A stretch of DNA of 63,228 bases, the filler included, from Octopus bimaculoides (Eukaryota), in the NCBI RefSeq assembly GCF_001194135.2. It is 5 parts of 5 records of this genome, joined end to end, with 100 filler letters (N's around TTAATTAATTAA, not from the genome) between each part and the next. Parts side by side here need not be neighbours in the genome. Positions count along the whole stretch, not along the records: positions 41,292 to 56,083 come from NC_068984.1; positions 56,184 to 61,246 come from NC_068987.1; 3 more parts are not named here. One strand, written 5' to 3'. The position numbers were made by a program, and so were the translations under genes. Under the pieces are notes generated by a model. It ran no database searches. It saw only the letters and a list, made by a program, of their open reading frames with translations, and was not told the origin of the DNA. Within the stretch, counting starts at the first letter, position 1; each line of letters starts with the position of its first letter. This document shows, piece after piece, positions 44,589 to 56,465 of this stretch.

Positions 44589-44960
44589 GTATGTATATAT
44601 GAATTACTTTCGATTTAACTTCAGAAAATATACACTCCATATGCAATACATACACAGTATATATGTATAAAATAAAGAAAATCATTAAAAAAATTTTGAG
44701 TTCCTGGATTTTCGTTAAAAAATTGGTAAAATGAAAACACAAAACAGCATTTGCTATATTATGTTCTGGAAATAAAAGGTAAACTTTTCATTGAAGTGAT
44801 GCAAAACTTAAGCACTACATGATTACATTCTGATTTTATTCCACCAACATAAACACAACCACCGATTGTTAAATATCATCATCGTATTTTAAGTTAAATC
44901 AAAAGAAATATTAGACAAAAGAACCAAACTTAAATCAAATTTCTGCTAGAATATCTAAAT

Positions 44961-45168
44961 GATGTTGGTTTCAAATTTTGGTACAAGGCCAGCAATTTCA
45001 GGGTAGAGGCTAAGTCAATTACATTGACCTCAGTGCTCAATTAGTACTTACCTTATCGACCCCGAAAGGACGAAAGGTAAAGCTGACTTCGGCGGAATTT
45101 GAACTCAGAACATACAGACGGACGAAATGCTGCTAAGTATTTTACCCCGGTTCTGCCAGCTCGCCGAC
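44961..45168 (-). mobile_element. SINE family A
   Basis: GGCGGAATTTGAACTCAGAAC...TTCTGCCAGCTCGCC; tail GGTTTCAAATTTTGGTACAAGGC. Confidence 0.8.
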
Positions 45169-45417
45169 CAAAAATGGCTAATTGATATTGACAGCTCTAA
45201 ATACAGTCATATTAATATGCCATTCTTTGGGAATAGTGGTAGATAAAATACGTTGGATCAGAAGCAATATGTGAATTCTGTCATGGACTAAAGAAACTTA
45301 TTTGAAGTATTTTTGTTTTTATTAAATTTAGAGAGCTATCGTAAAACAGTTCTCAGTTAAATAGTTTTCTCCTTTTGTTTGATATGAGTGGTGCCAAATT
45401 TCGGCATCCATTTACAG

Positions 45418-45737
45418 CAAACGTTCTCAACCATTTTTTATCTATGGATCCCTTTGATTACTATTTTATGCTGGTGGAACCTTATAGCCATACGATGTTT
45501 AAAAACTACTTTAACAGAAACCTCTTTTAAAATCCCTATTTTGTTTTTTACACATTATCTTGATCTATGTAAAATGTCAGAGAAAGAAACCTAGCTGTTT
45601 CTTGCAATACATACAAGTTCATACATCTAAAGCAAAAATTTTTAAGGCACCCTTAAAATACTCTTTTGCATCCATGAACCATCAAAAATCTTATATGGAC
45701 CCTTAGGGACCATAAGGACCCTTGTTGAGAACCTCTG
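45418..45737. mobile_element. hAT-type MITE
   Basis: 14-bp TIRs CAAACGTTCTCAAC / reverse complement CAGAGGTTCTCAAC (12/14); degenerate 8-bp TSD ATTTACAG / ATTTGCAA. Confidence 0.65.
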
Positions 45738-46707
45738 ATTTGCAAGAATATAATTTAACCCTCTTGATATCACCCCACCTGAGACTGCTCTTATTTTATG
45801 ATACAAACTTCCAGTCATGATGAAATGGCAATAAACATTACTTCTCAGTATAGTTACTACTTTCATCTCTTACAGAGATTTCCTAACTAGCTACTATGCT
45901 TGTTGCAAGTTCAGTGACTGGTTGTCACTTATTTTTCTATACATTGTGAGCTTGAGAGGATTACTGCTATCTCTAGCAGATGGGTGTCCACTACTGAGGA
46001 TGAGCACCAATAACTTGAAATCAGACGGTCTGGTGGTCCCGTCGTCGTCGCTAGAAGATGCCAGGCGTTCACCCCTCTGTTTACAATATATATCAGATGC
46101 AGATTGCGTTGATAACCAGCCGGAAGAGGCCTTCTCCTGGAATTAAAAATATCAGTAACGTTGGTTCCCGTGGAACAGCCATTGATGAAGTGGCGATAAA
46201 CATTACTTCTCAAAATTTAAACCTTCCATTAGATTTTCATGTTAATTTACGTTCCCAACACCAAATTAATAATAGAAATATGGTAACAAAAGGTTTAAGC
46301 ATGCAAAGGATTTAATATTTTGGCCAGACATCGATAAAGTGTACCACCTCTGATGAAATTACTTGTGCTTGTCGTGGCATTCACGAGTGGTGGACTGAGC
46401 TGGCTCTGACCAACGAGTTATGTTCGGAGTTTCAGTGGGATACAAATTCACACGTGGTCTCCAGTCACATGCATACGCACTTCAGTATAGTGTGATTCAT
46501 AGCAGCTCATTTTGCTGTCTATTGCCGACTGTCACAGAAGATTTGCTGATCAAGTCACAGTGGATTTCAAAGCTAACATAGCCCTAGTTTGAAGCAGATT
46601 CTAGCGACATGCTTTAACAAAGGCTAAAGCTTAGAGGTGCCTCTCTCCCAGTGGTCTTCCAGCATGCCGGAGACCAACCCTCAATTTTTGAGGGCCCATG
46701 TGGGGCC

Positions 46708-46919
46708 TTTATTGCCCACAGTGGGCTAAACATAGAGGAGACAAACAAGGGGATTAAGTCGATTACATCTACCCCAGTGATTAACTGGTACTTATTTAAT
46801 CGATCCCGAAAGGATGAAAGGCAAAGTCGACCTCAGCGGAATTTGAACTCGGAACGTAACGGCAGACGAAATACCGCTAGGCATTTTGCCCAGCATGCTA
46901 ACGTTTCTGCCAGCTCACC
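46708..46919 (-). mobile_element. SINE family A (tail type 2)
   Basis: TTATTGCCCACAGTGGGCTAAACATAGAGG...GTTTCTGCCAGCTCACC. Confidence 0.85.
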
Positions 46920-46979
46920 AGAAAGTGTTGACCTTTAATGCAATTGTCTGAAGCATTTATTTTTTGACAGCCTCCGCAC

Positions 46980-47082
46980 AGTTTCTAGAAGATATTTACC
47001 CAAGGTGACATGCAAAAGGACTGAACCTGAAACGATATGGTTGCAAAGCAAGCTTCTTATCCACACAGCTATGCCCGTGCCT
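46980..47082 (-). mobile_element. SINE family B head
   Basis: CCCAAGGTGACATGCAAAAGGACTGAACCTGAAACGATATGG...CACACAGCTATGCCCGTGCC. Confidence 0.65.
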
Positions 47083-47849
47083 TTTCTTTGTGAGTTTTAT
47101 GAAAAAAGAAACTTCTTTTTGGAGATTGTTATAACTGTTTGGTTACTTAATTTAGACCTTTGGGACTTTGAAGCAAAACAGCAAATTTGCTAAAAATTAC
47201 ATTTTATCTTGTTATTTTACTTTTTCTTATGAGTTTAATTATTTCTTTCCTAAAAGAAGGAAAGAAGAAACAGGCTTAAAGGAATGTAATACTTAGAATT
47301 TGTATTTTTAAATATTTTGGTAACATCTAGAGTTCACTATCTCTAGGGAACTTAAGTTAAACTTAGAAGTGGGTTTTGAAAGTAATTTCACGGGTAAATA
47401 AAATAGAATTAAAACATATAAAGTTATTAGGGTTTTCTTTTTGTGTGGAGGTGGAATATAGGTTTTAAAATATAGGGTAAAAGTGGGACTGAAATTTGAT
47501 TAAATGCAAAACTAAGTAAAAAAAAAAGAAAGACGTATTATAAACTAAAGAACAAAATTGGAATCCTAAATTTTTGCTGGAATAAATGTATTATCATATA
47601 GTTAAAATTGCTCAAAGATTATAGAATTCATTAAATTTTGGTCTATAAGTGATTTAATATAATGAAAATGTAATGGGCATGGTCACAAATAAGAATTATT
47701 ATATATGTTGATGTTGGTGCTGAGCTGGTTGCACCTACATCAAAATAATTAACGATATTTCTTATGGCTTTACACTCCAGGTTCAAATTTTGCCAAAGTT
47801 TATTTTGCTTTTTCCTCCTTTTGGGGTTGACTAGTAAAAAAAAAAGTGA

Positions 47850-48082
47850 GGTTATCTTCTCGAGTCATACCGACTCATAGGGGCCAGTTTCCCAGTTTCA
47901 TAGCATATAAATTCCCTAACTGGATGGGACGCTGGTCTGTCATAGTGTTACTCATTTTTGCCAGCTGAGTGGACTGGAGAAACATGAAATAAAATGCATT
48001 GGCTCAAGAACACAATGTGTCACCCGATCCAGGAATTGAAACAACAATCTTACAATCATGAGTCCAACGCTCTAACTGCTAA
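47850..48082 (-). mobile_element. SINE family C
   Basis: Reverse complement gives tRNA-like TTAGCAGTTAGAGCGTTGGAC...GTTTCAATTCCTGG, then TTGTGTTCTTGAGC and CTCCAGTCCACTCAGCTGGC. Confidence 0.65.
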
Positions 48083-49206
48083 AAAGAAAAAAAAAATAAC
48101 GGTGAATTGATGGCGGAGAACTTTCCCTGCGGTAAATTGATGAAGAGTTCACCATGAGGAAAGTTCACTGCGACGAAAATTTACCAGGAAAACATATCCA
48201 TAGTATCTCACTATTAATTGTTAAAAAGTATTTTATTGAGAAAAAACAAACAAAAAAAAAAAAACGAAAGTAATGGAGATCAAAACGTGCAATCAGGGAT
48301 TTTATCTTTCAGGTTAAAACATATTAAATATGAAGAGAAATTAGCTTAATTTTAAATTCACACTTCTTTAAAACATCAATACAAAACTCGAATTTACATT
48401 ATTCAAAATTGTGCTTGAATTGATAACGTTGAACTTACTGAGCATCATATATAATGTGACGTAAAAACAAACATTAACATTTACATATGTGTACGTGAAT
48501 GGTTGTGTTTCCTTGTCATGACATTGTCTCATAGTTCTGAACTGGAATCACTGATACAAGTGTGTATTATTCATTTCTAATATTCTACAAAGAAACATGT
48601 TTGGCCATGAAGAAATAGTATCTTCTTCCGAAGACACTATTCTCAATAACAAGAAAAACACTTGTCCAAACTCTGTCTGATCCATGCAAGTATAGAAAAG
48701 TGGACGTTAATATGATGATGAAGCAACTTAAGATACCCGATGTCTGTTTGATATCTTCCCAAAACTGCAACGAACAACATCGATTTGAAGTTCACATTTT
48801 CTCAAAATTTTACCAGTGATTATAATTAAAATATTTATTTAAGCTTCGTGCTTATCTATATTATAACAAAGGCTGTTTATTGTTTAGTTTGTAGTACATT
48901 ATTTTTAATAATAGAAAGCAATTATTAAAGACTACCCTTTCGTAAAAATTCTAATTTTAACATAATTTTTATTAAAGTGTGGGTTTTAATGTTCTTGGAA
49001 TAAGAATCATCTCTTGCTGAACACTTCTGATACTTGGAAATAACTACTAGTTTTGGGACTAATTTAAAGAGACTCTGTATAGGGGGTTCCTATAAGGTTG
49101 TTATCCACCCCTGATTGGAACTCTCCCGTATGACATGTACGCATGCTCAGTGACTTGCTTTAACTTCCGCAGACTAACGACTCACATACTGTAATGACCG
49201 GTTAAT

Positions 49207-49473
49207 ATGTCTCCGAAGAAATCACGCAAATACTGCTGTATATGCAGCCACTATAGAGGGAAGAATGTAGACGGCAAAGTTATTTCACTACATAGATATC
49301 CTGCAAACGTAGCTATTCGTCGTATTTGGCTTCAGAGATCGAGACTTGTGAGGAAAGACTTTGTTTACACTGCAGATAGCCAAATGTGTTCCCAGCATTT
49401 CGTCAATTTTAATGGACCATCGAAAGATCACCCCTTGCCATCCGTTTTTCCAAACAAAATATTTAAAATATCG
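49207..49473 (+). CDS. THAP zinc-finger domain (first exon of a transposase-type gene)
   Basis: MSPKKSRKYCCICSHY...YPA...RRIWLQ...MCSQHF...PSVF: C2CH plus the P, W, F, P THAP signature; phase-0 donor GTAAGT after 89 codons. Confidence 0.85.
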
Positions 49474-49751
49474 GTAAGTGCATGATCATATACGCAGTTA
49501 GTAGATGAGTGAAATGTCTCTTTGATTTATCTACTCATTAACAGATTAGAACATGTTAAAATTCAAGAGGGAAACAAATTCGAATGGTGTACGTTGAGCT
49601 AAACACGAATGTTTAATCTAATAATTGTTGTGTTGATATACAGGTATTTTTAATAAATAATTTTGCATTCAAATAGTAAATACATTGAAATTGTTGTTAA
49701 TGTTCTGAATGAATGTGGGAATTTCGAGTAAGCCTAGCTATGATATTTTTC

Positions 49752-49782
<31 letters not shown>

Positions 49783-49873
49783 TTATTAATAAGGGTAGAA
49801 ATTGATATTAATCAATTAGAACCAGTGGTCTAGCATATTAAAAAAAAATCCGAAGATTAAAATTATATTACAT

Positions 49874-49994
49874 ACAAAAATAAGAGGAATGGTCAGCAAA
49901 AGTGGACTCCTATGTGCTAGAAATAGATGCCGATTCGGCATCTATTTCTAGCATATAGGAGTCCACTTTTGCTGGTCATTCCTCTTATTTTTGT
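49874..49994. repeat. 121-bp near-perfect palindrome (60-bp arms, 1-nt centre)
   Basis: ACAAAAATAAGAGGAATGG...GATGCCGA T TCGGCATC...CCTCTTATTTTTGT; 3 mismatches; abuts an N gap. Confidence 0.9.
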
Positions 49995-50128
49995 NNNNNN
50001 NNNNNNNNNNNNNNNNNNNNNNNNNNNNNNNNAAATTTACAGTATTGAATCTAATATTCCTCTAATTATTAGACTTTATAGTGTGACTGTCCCTACCTCT
50101 TCTACACCTCATCATGCTCATGGCCAAA

Positions 50129-50416
50129 TCAGTGAATGGTTGCTGAAAGCAGATTGGGATCAAGCAATACTTCACCGAGAGGAGATATAAGCTTCTGCTT
50201 ATTCCTGTCTGAAGTATCGTCCGATACTTCAGACTTATCGTCCGATGAATTTACTTTGTTGACATTCTTCATCGACAGAATTTTTATACCTTTCAACCTT
50301 TCAATCAAGTCCGCCTTTCTTCCAGTAACATACTGTCCATATAATCTTAAATATTTCTTTAACTCAGGCACAGTAAGTACTTCGATAGCTGGATCATCGA
50401 GCTGCTTTATATCCAT
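50129..50416 (-). CDS. SAP-domain ORF (truncated accessory protein of the transposon)
   Basis: LTVPELKKYLRLYGQYVTGRKADLIERL fits the SAP pattern (L-T-V-x-E-L-K-x-x-L...G-x-K-x-x-L-I-x-R-L). Confidence 0.8.
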   Translation of the reverse strand: MDIKQLDDPAIEVLTVPELKKYLRLYGQYVTGRKADLIERLKGIKILSMKNVNKVNSSDDKSEVSDDTSDRNKQKLISPLGEVLLDPNLLSATIH

Positions 50417-51869
50417 GATAAGACGTAAAACAATAACAATACCGTGGATAGTCTGCGGAAGTTTAATTGTCTACATGGAGCGCCGCCTAGCCAAGGGAGA
50501 TAACCTACTTATAGGAAAGCCCTATAGTCAGTTGCTTGGCTAGAAATATCAGCCCATCCTACAAATACTTACAAAGAACATGTTACACAGTACAATTCTT
50601 GATGTAGAAAAACAGATGTCATGGGCACAACTAGAATGCTTTTGACTATATATTGGTTTTATCAGACATGACCAAGATTGAGTGGAATGTAAACTACAAA
50701 CTATCAATTATGTTAACAACAATTTACTTCTGATAGCATCGCCTTTACTATCATCAATGACATCATCGTCATTGTTGTAACCATTATCTTTATCATCATT
50801 GTCGTTGTCATCATCACCATCATCATTGGCATAGATTAAACAAGACTTGTTGAGAAAGATTCTGCACAACCGAATACTCTTATTACCACCAACACACATT
50901 TGTTTTACAAATAAGATATTTTCATTCCACTGGTCTTCACATTCTGAAAGAAATGAAGTTGTCAAAACTATGAGATTTTTGTTTATAGAAGAATATAAGC
51001 AGACACAATTTTTGCTCAGGTTTTATTAATGAGCGTACAAGGAAATAATATTTATATACATGCACATGCACAAATACATGCATCGATAGTGTTGTGTCGA
51101 CACCTCCAGGCGAAGAAGTAGGATCTCCCAAGACATATAAATAGAGGTAGTCTGGCTGTGGTAGGTGTGTCGAGTAGAAGTTGTGTAGCGGTTGAATAGA
51201 GACCATCCGAAGGTGCTAGGTAGCAGTAGCGTTGAGACATAAAAGATAGATAGATAGATAGATAGATTCGTTCATTGTTTTTCCACTTGGTGCTCTATTG
51301 TAATATGTCCGAAAAGAAGTAAAAATTTATTCAGATTTAGGAAACAATTTCTAGAAGCATAGAGCTACATAATCCCATAAGACTGATAAAAACATTTTTT
51401 GTTTTTATTCAAACGAGTGGAACACGTGAATATTTCACGGAATTAATGGTAAACTTAGGATATTTCTGAAAACTTTATCCAAAAAACCTGAAAGCGTAAC
51501 CTGTGCTGTGTCTGTATCAAAACATAAGTTGTTCATCTGCTATTCATTGAAAAGTGAAGGAAACTGGAATACGATGATTACTTAATGCACTTTATATATA
51601 CATTTTGTATAATTTAGGCACAATTTTATAGATTTAGTACACAATATTCTCCTTCTTTCTCTTTCATTCTTCACCATAACCCTCTTCTTCTCTTACCTTT
51701 TTCTTTCGCTCATTGCTTTTCCCCTCAACTAATCACGTGAAGGTGTTACATACGTACTGAGTAACAGAGGTAAAACGACTTAGTTTTAAAAATTACACAT
51801 TTCACATACCACCGACTCTGCCTTCCCTTCCCACGAAGAAACGTACATATATATATATATGTATACACA

Positions 51870-52798
51870 CACACATATATGTAGAAGGTTGAAAAGGAAC
51901 ACACGAGTTTATATAGATAAGGAAAATAAGACAAGGTAGAAAATGCTAAAATAATTTTATCGTGAAGAACATTTTAGTACCGGTTTCAGTCTTTGCGACT
52001 TTTTCAACATCCTGGTATATATAAACAAATTTTGGAAGAATTAAATGAAATGTTTTTTTTTTAATATTTCCATAGCTTTCAAATGCAAGGGACATTTTCC
52101 TTTCTTCTGTCTGTCTGTCTTAGTCTCTCTGTTTTTACTCAAGTGAATTCTAGGTAGTGGGCAATAGGTAGTAATAGTTTGATATGAATTCTAGTTTTTG
52201 ATTGTTTAAGCAGCAAGAGTAGTTGAGAAAGGAGGTGGAGAAGAAGAAGAGGAAGGAGAGGAAGAAGAAGAATGCAGGAGTGGTATGACAGTAGTAGGAT
52301 GTTGTTAGAATCCTCTTAAATGATCAAGTGACCTGTTGCAGTTGTAATAGTCGTGATTCGAATTGTTCTGAATAAATTCATAGGTAGAGACTGTACTGAA
52401 TATATAGTTTTTAATATTTGCGTGGGTATTATTCTAAGGCCCTTGTAATAGTGTCATTTGTGGTAGATGCATTCAAAAGGGGTTAATATTTTGTGATAAA
52501 GTATGACTCTTTACTAAGACGCTAACTACAGGTTGCATCGTTCATGAAGTTTTAGAGGGGAGAAATTCTGCAGCTGGGTTGTTTGCTATTGGCGCAAATA
52601 TCGATGTGTTCGCTGAATGGTATATGCGTCAAACTAACTGAGGGATCAGAGTTCTCTTTCAAACAGGGTCAACGTTTTATAGTGAAAAACAACTTCACAT
52701 GTGCTTCGGAGAAACTGATATATGTATTAACTTGTTCTAGCTGTCGAGAGCAATACATAGGCCAAGCCCAAAACAGTCTACGTCAAAGGATGGCTCTT
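51870..52798. mobile_element. Penelope-like element 3' end (GIY-YIG endonuclease) with an internal inversion
   Basis: Plus strand 52625-52798: FTCASEKLIYVLTCSSCREQYIGQAQNSLRQRM. Minus strand from 52627: HIPFSEHIDIC...RLSKESYFITKY*PLLN, then 3' UTR and a hammerhead-like motif at 51978-52007. Confidence 0.8.
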
Positions 52799-53466
52799 CT
52801 TTCTTCTTTTTTCAGCACATCACACTCACTATCACTTCATACTAAATCTCTCCGCCTATGGATATAATAATCGATNNNNNNNNNNNNNNNNNNNNNNNNN
52901 NNNNNNNNNNNNNNNNNNNNNNNNNNNNNNNNNNNNNNNNNNNNNNNNNNNNNNNNNNNNNNNNNNNNNNNNNNNATATATATATATATATATATATATA
53001 TTTGTGTGTGTGTGTGTTTACTGATGCAAATAGGAATCTGTATATGATTTTTTAATTAATAATCTGCAGCAGAAGTTACAGAGTGAGTCAAGGACCAAGA
53101 ATTTTGTGCATTTGCTGAGTGCCAACACAAGCGCACGCACACGCACATACACACACACTCACACACACACCTGTATATATCAGGCGCTTGTTCACAGTCT
53201 TGGTCTATCGATTCTACTTTACCCCCAAATTGTCCAAAGCCTTGATAATCAACATTGGGCTCATCACCACAAGGCTATATTAAAAGAAAATCTTTCTACA
53301 ACGAACAGAAGAAAATTCATTTGACATTTATTTGAAACACAACTTGAGATGCCAGATTAACTTCAGTGTAAATAATAATAATAATAATAGTAATAGTAAT
53401 AATAATAGTAATAGTAATAATAATAGTAATAGTAATAATAATAGTAATAGTAATGATGAAAATAAT

Positions 53467-53502
<36 letters not shown>

Positions 53503-54424
53503 GTGGCTCCCATGTCTTCTGATCTTAACTGATTGGGGTGTACATCTACGTATGTTGTCTTGGTATAAAAGATGGGTTACAGTAAATGTCCGGCTCAATA
53601 CCAGATTTGTTTGTCAGATGCTTGACCATAACCAGTTGAGCATGTTCCTTGGGTCTCTGACAATATATGCATCTCTGATCACGAGCAGAAGTAGTGAGGC
53701 AGGGGTGGGGGCATCATAGCCATGTGCTGAGAGGAATTCTTTAGGCTTTGAATAATTCACCTCCTAAAACAACCCTTATTCAGGGACCTTTTGAGCGGGA
53801 TGGGCTACTCGTCTTGAAGAAAATACTAACTAGGCCGTACTAACAATGTCATGCGCTGTGTATCTTGATATGAGATCACCATGTTGTGAACATATGGTCA
53901 TGATGCACGTGCCTGGTTTACTCCAACCAGACGGGTAGTGATGATGGGTATACTGGGCTTCGTATATTTGTACCCTAGTGTCACTTTGACGACGTGTGCT
54001 GCTCTCTGACTCATTAATAATAATAATTATGATGATTTCATTTATTTGGCACAAGGGCGGAGGAGGAGGGGGACAATACAAAGATAGACATAAAGTGTGG
54101 TGGTTTACATATAATGAAATAATGAGAAAAGGAAAGAAAGTAAGTATATGCGGCATACACGGAAAAAGAAGAGATATGCATAGCATACAAGGGTTTTTTT
54201 AAAAATTGGCAGGGAGGATGATAGAGATGTGGCCCTCCTGACACAAGAAGGCATCTAGGGATAATTGAGGAACCTCATTATTTCTCTCCCTCCCCTCTCT
54301 TTCTCCCAGCTCCCCCCTCTCTCTCTCTCTCTCTGTGCGTTTCTTTAACCTCACCATCAGAACGTCACCCCTCTGCTAAAATTATATTTTAAACTCTCCC
54401 CTTCAACCAACCTTCAACTAAATT

Positions 54425-54710
54425 TCTTAATCACGTAATAAATATTATGCTCCTCTACCTCACATCAAGGACGCTTCTTTTTCCCTCTTTTTCTTTCTCT
54501 CTCTTTCTGCCTCACTCTTCACCTGATCCTATTTTTCTCTCTTCTTTTTCTTTCTCCTCTCTTTCCCTTCAATTAATCACGTGAAAGCGTTACAATTACA
54601 TTCCCTTTACCTCACGTCATGGATGCTTCTCTCCCTCCTTATTTCTCTCTCTCCCTCTTTTCTTTCTCCCTCTTTGTGTCTAATCACGTGAAAGCGTTAC
54701 CAACGGGCTA
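54425..54710 (+). repeat. Degenerate tandem repeat (110-145 bp unit) containing TAATCACGTGAAAGCGTTAC
   Basis: Motif at about 54428, 54574 and 54682; a dispersed copy at about 51730. Confidence 0.6.
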
Positions 54711-54759
54711 AGTAACACAATGACAAGCAGAATTATTATAAGATAGTAACGATAATAAT

Positions 54760-54895
54760 AATAAGGTTGTGCCTGTAAGTAAAGATATAGAGAAATGGTT
54801 GTAGGGGCTTGGAATGGAATGTCCTGCAGAGCTTCTACAAAAAGTTTGCCCCTTAGGAGCAGGATCGATTATCAGGAGGGTTTTAAGCATTTGAA
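54760..54895 (+). mobile_element. R4/Dong-like LINE extreme 3' fragment
   Basis: KVVPVSKDIEKWL*GLGMECPAELLQKVCPLGAGSIIRRVLSI*, same C-terminal pattern as the 6270-7300 copy. Confidence 0.6.
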
Positions 54896-55191
54896 AGACT
54901 ATTGAAAGCTTGTGGATATGTAAGTTTACAGGTAGTAACCAGCTACTCACATAAATTCTACCAGAAATAAGAACGAACCGAAGTCAAATTACTACTAATG
55001 ATAATAGTCATAATAATAATATCAATATATATATATTTCCCACTCTCAAATATTTGACCATTTTATTTCTTCAAGCATTTGTTTTTTATTCCGTTCTTCC
55101 GGCTTCATCACTCATTTCAAATTACGTCAGATAAGCTAGCTAAGAAACATATGTGACCTGGATTTTACCCTTCCACTCCCCCATTTTGGAC

Positions 55192-55249
<58 letters not shown>

Positions 55250-55896
55250 AACATTTAAGGGAATAAGGGGCATGTGTGGAATGTATGCGATCTCTCCTCG
55301 ATGGCAGCCGGCAATAATGGTTGCTCCTAGGACATGACTTGTCATTGTAGCTATAATTGCGCTTGCAATTCTCCATATAAATGATAGCAAAGTGTGTATC
55401 AAATGAAATTAAAATCCTGGATCGATCAAGTTACTAAAGTTTTAACGTTGCTGGTAACAACATATTCTCTCTTTTAATTGAATATTGAAAAAGAGACAAA
55501 ATGCAAGGGAAATTAATTTTGAAAAGAACGACTAAACCCCTTGATTCATTATCACAATTAAAAAAAATTTCAGTGGTGTAACATTGCGCAAGTTCATTTC
55601 CGTAAATGCTTTTCTTGCACATCCCCACTCCCTCCAAACACATGCACATATACGCACGCGGATACATATGGATTAAGTCCCATTTTGAAAGTATGTTAAA
55701 GTTTTTTACTATTTTGGAATAAAGAACACAAACATAGGTGCTGAGCCAGTGACTAAACTTGTAGTATTTTGCTGGGATTAACCCAATAAATTGACAGCAA
55801 AATAATTGCTTCTATCAGAAGTTTACCTATAAAGCGAAAAAACAAAACCCACGTATACAACAGGTATGTCAAATATGTTTTGTGTACTTCTTTTTT

Positions 55897-56083
55897 ATTT
55901 GTTTATTGCCCACAAGGGGCTAAACATAGAGGGGACAAACAAGGACAGACAAAGGGATTAAGTCGATTACATCGACGCCAGTGCGTACCTCGTACTTAAT
56001 TTATCGACCCCGAAAGGATGAAAGGCAAAGTCGACCTCGGCGGAATTTGAACTCAGAACGTAATGGCAGACGAAATACCGCTA
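55897..56083 (-). mobile_element. SINE family A (tail type 2), truncated at a join
   Basis: TTATTGCCCACAAGGGGCTAAACATAGAGGGGACAAAC...GACGAAATACCGCTA. Confidence 0.85.
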
Positions 56084-56183
56084 NNNNNNNNNNNNNNNNN
56101 NNNNNNNNNNNNNNNNNNNNNNNNNNNTTAATTAATTAANNNNNNNNNNNNNNNNNNNNNNNNNNNNNNNNNNNNNNNNNNNN
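56084..56183. other. Artificial assembly join
   Basis: 44 N + TTAATTAATTAA + 44 N. Confidence 0.9.
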
Positions 56184-56370
56184 CGGGGTTCTCTTTACAC
56201 CTCAGTAAATATTTGCATCGTGTCATTTGTGATGATGTATTTTGTGTGTTTGTTGTTTATTCGCTTTTCTTTTTGTCTTCTTCTCTCACTACCATTTATT
56301 CTTCATCTTGTAAACAAAAAAAAGAAACAAAAAAATCAACAACAATGAAGAAAATCACTGGGCATTATTA

Positions 56371-56465
<95 letters not shown>

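Larger units (their letters stand above)
49081..50523. mobile_element. Non-autonomous TIR DNA transposon (ISL2EU/Harbinger-related by inference) with convergent THAP and SAP ORFs
   Basis: TIRs AGGGGGTTCCTATAAGGTTGTTATC / reverse complement AGGGCTTTCCTATAAGTAGGTTATC (20/25), flanked by AT on both sides (TA if the TIR is read from GGG). Confidence 0.8.

Noticed and set aside
48585-48764. Minus-strand exon-like ORF FWEDIKQTSG... after a TTGCAG acceptor (similarly 50571-50690)
   Set aside because: No domain recognised and no convincing gene model; needs RNA-seq.
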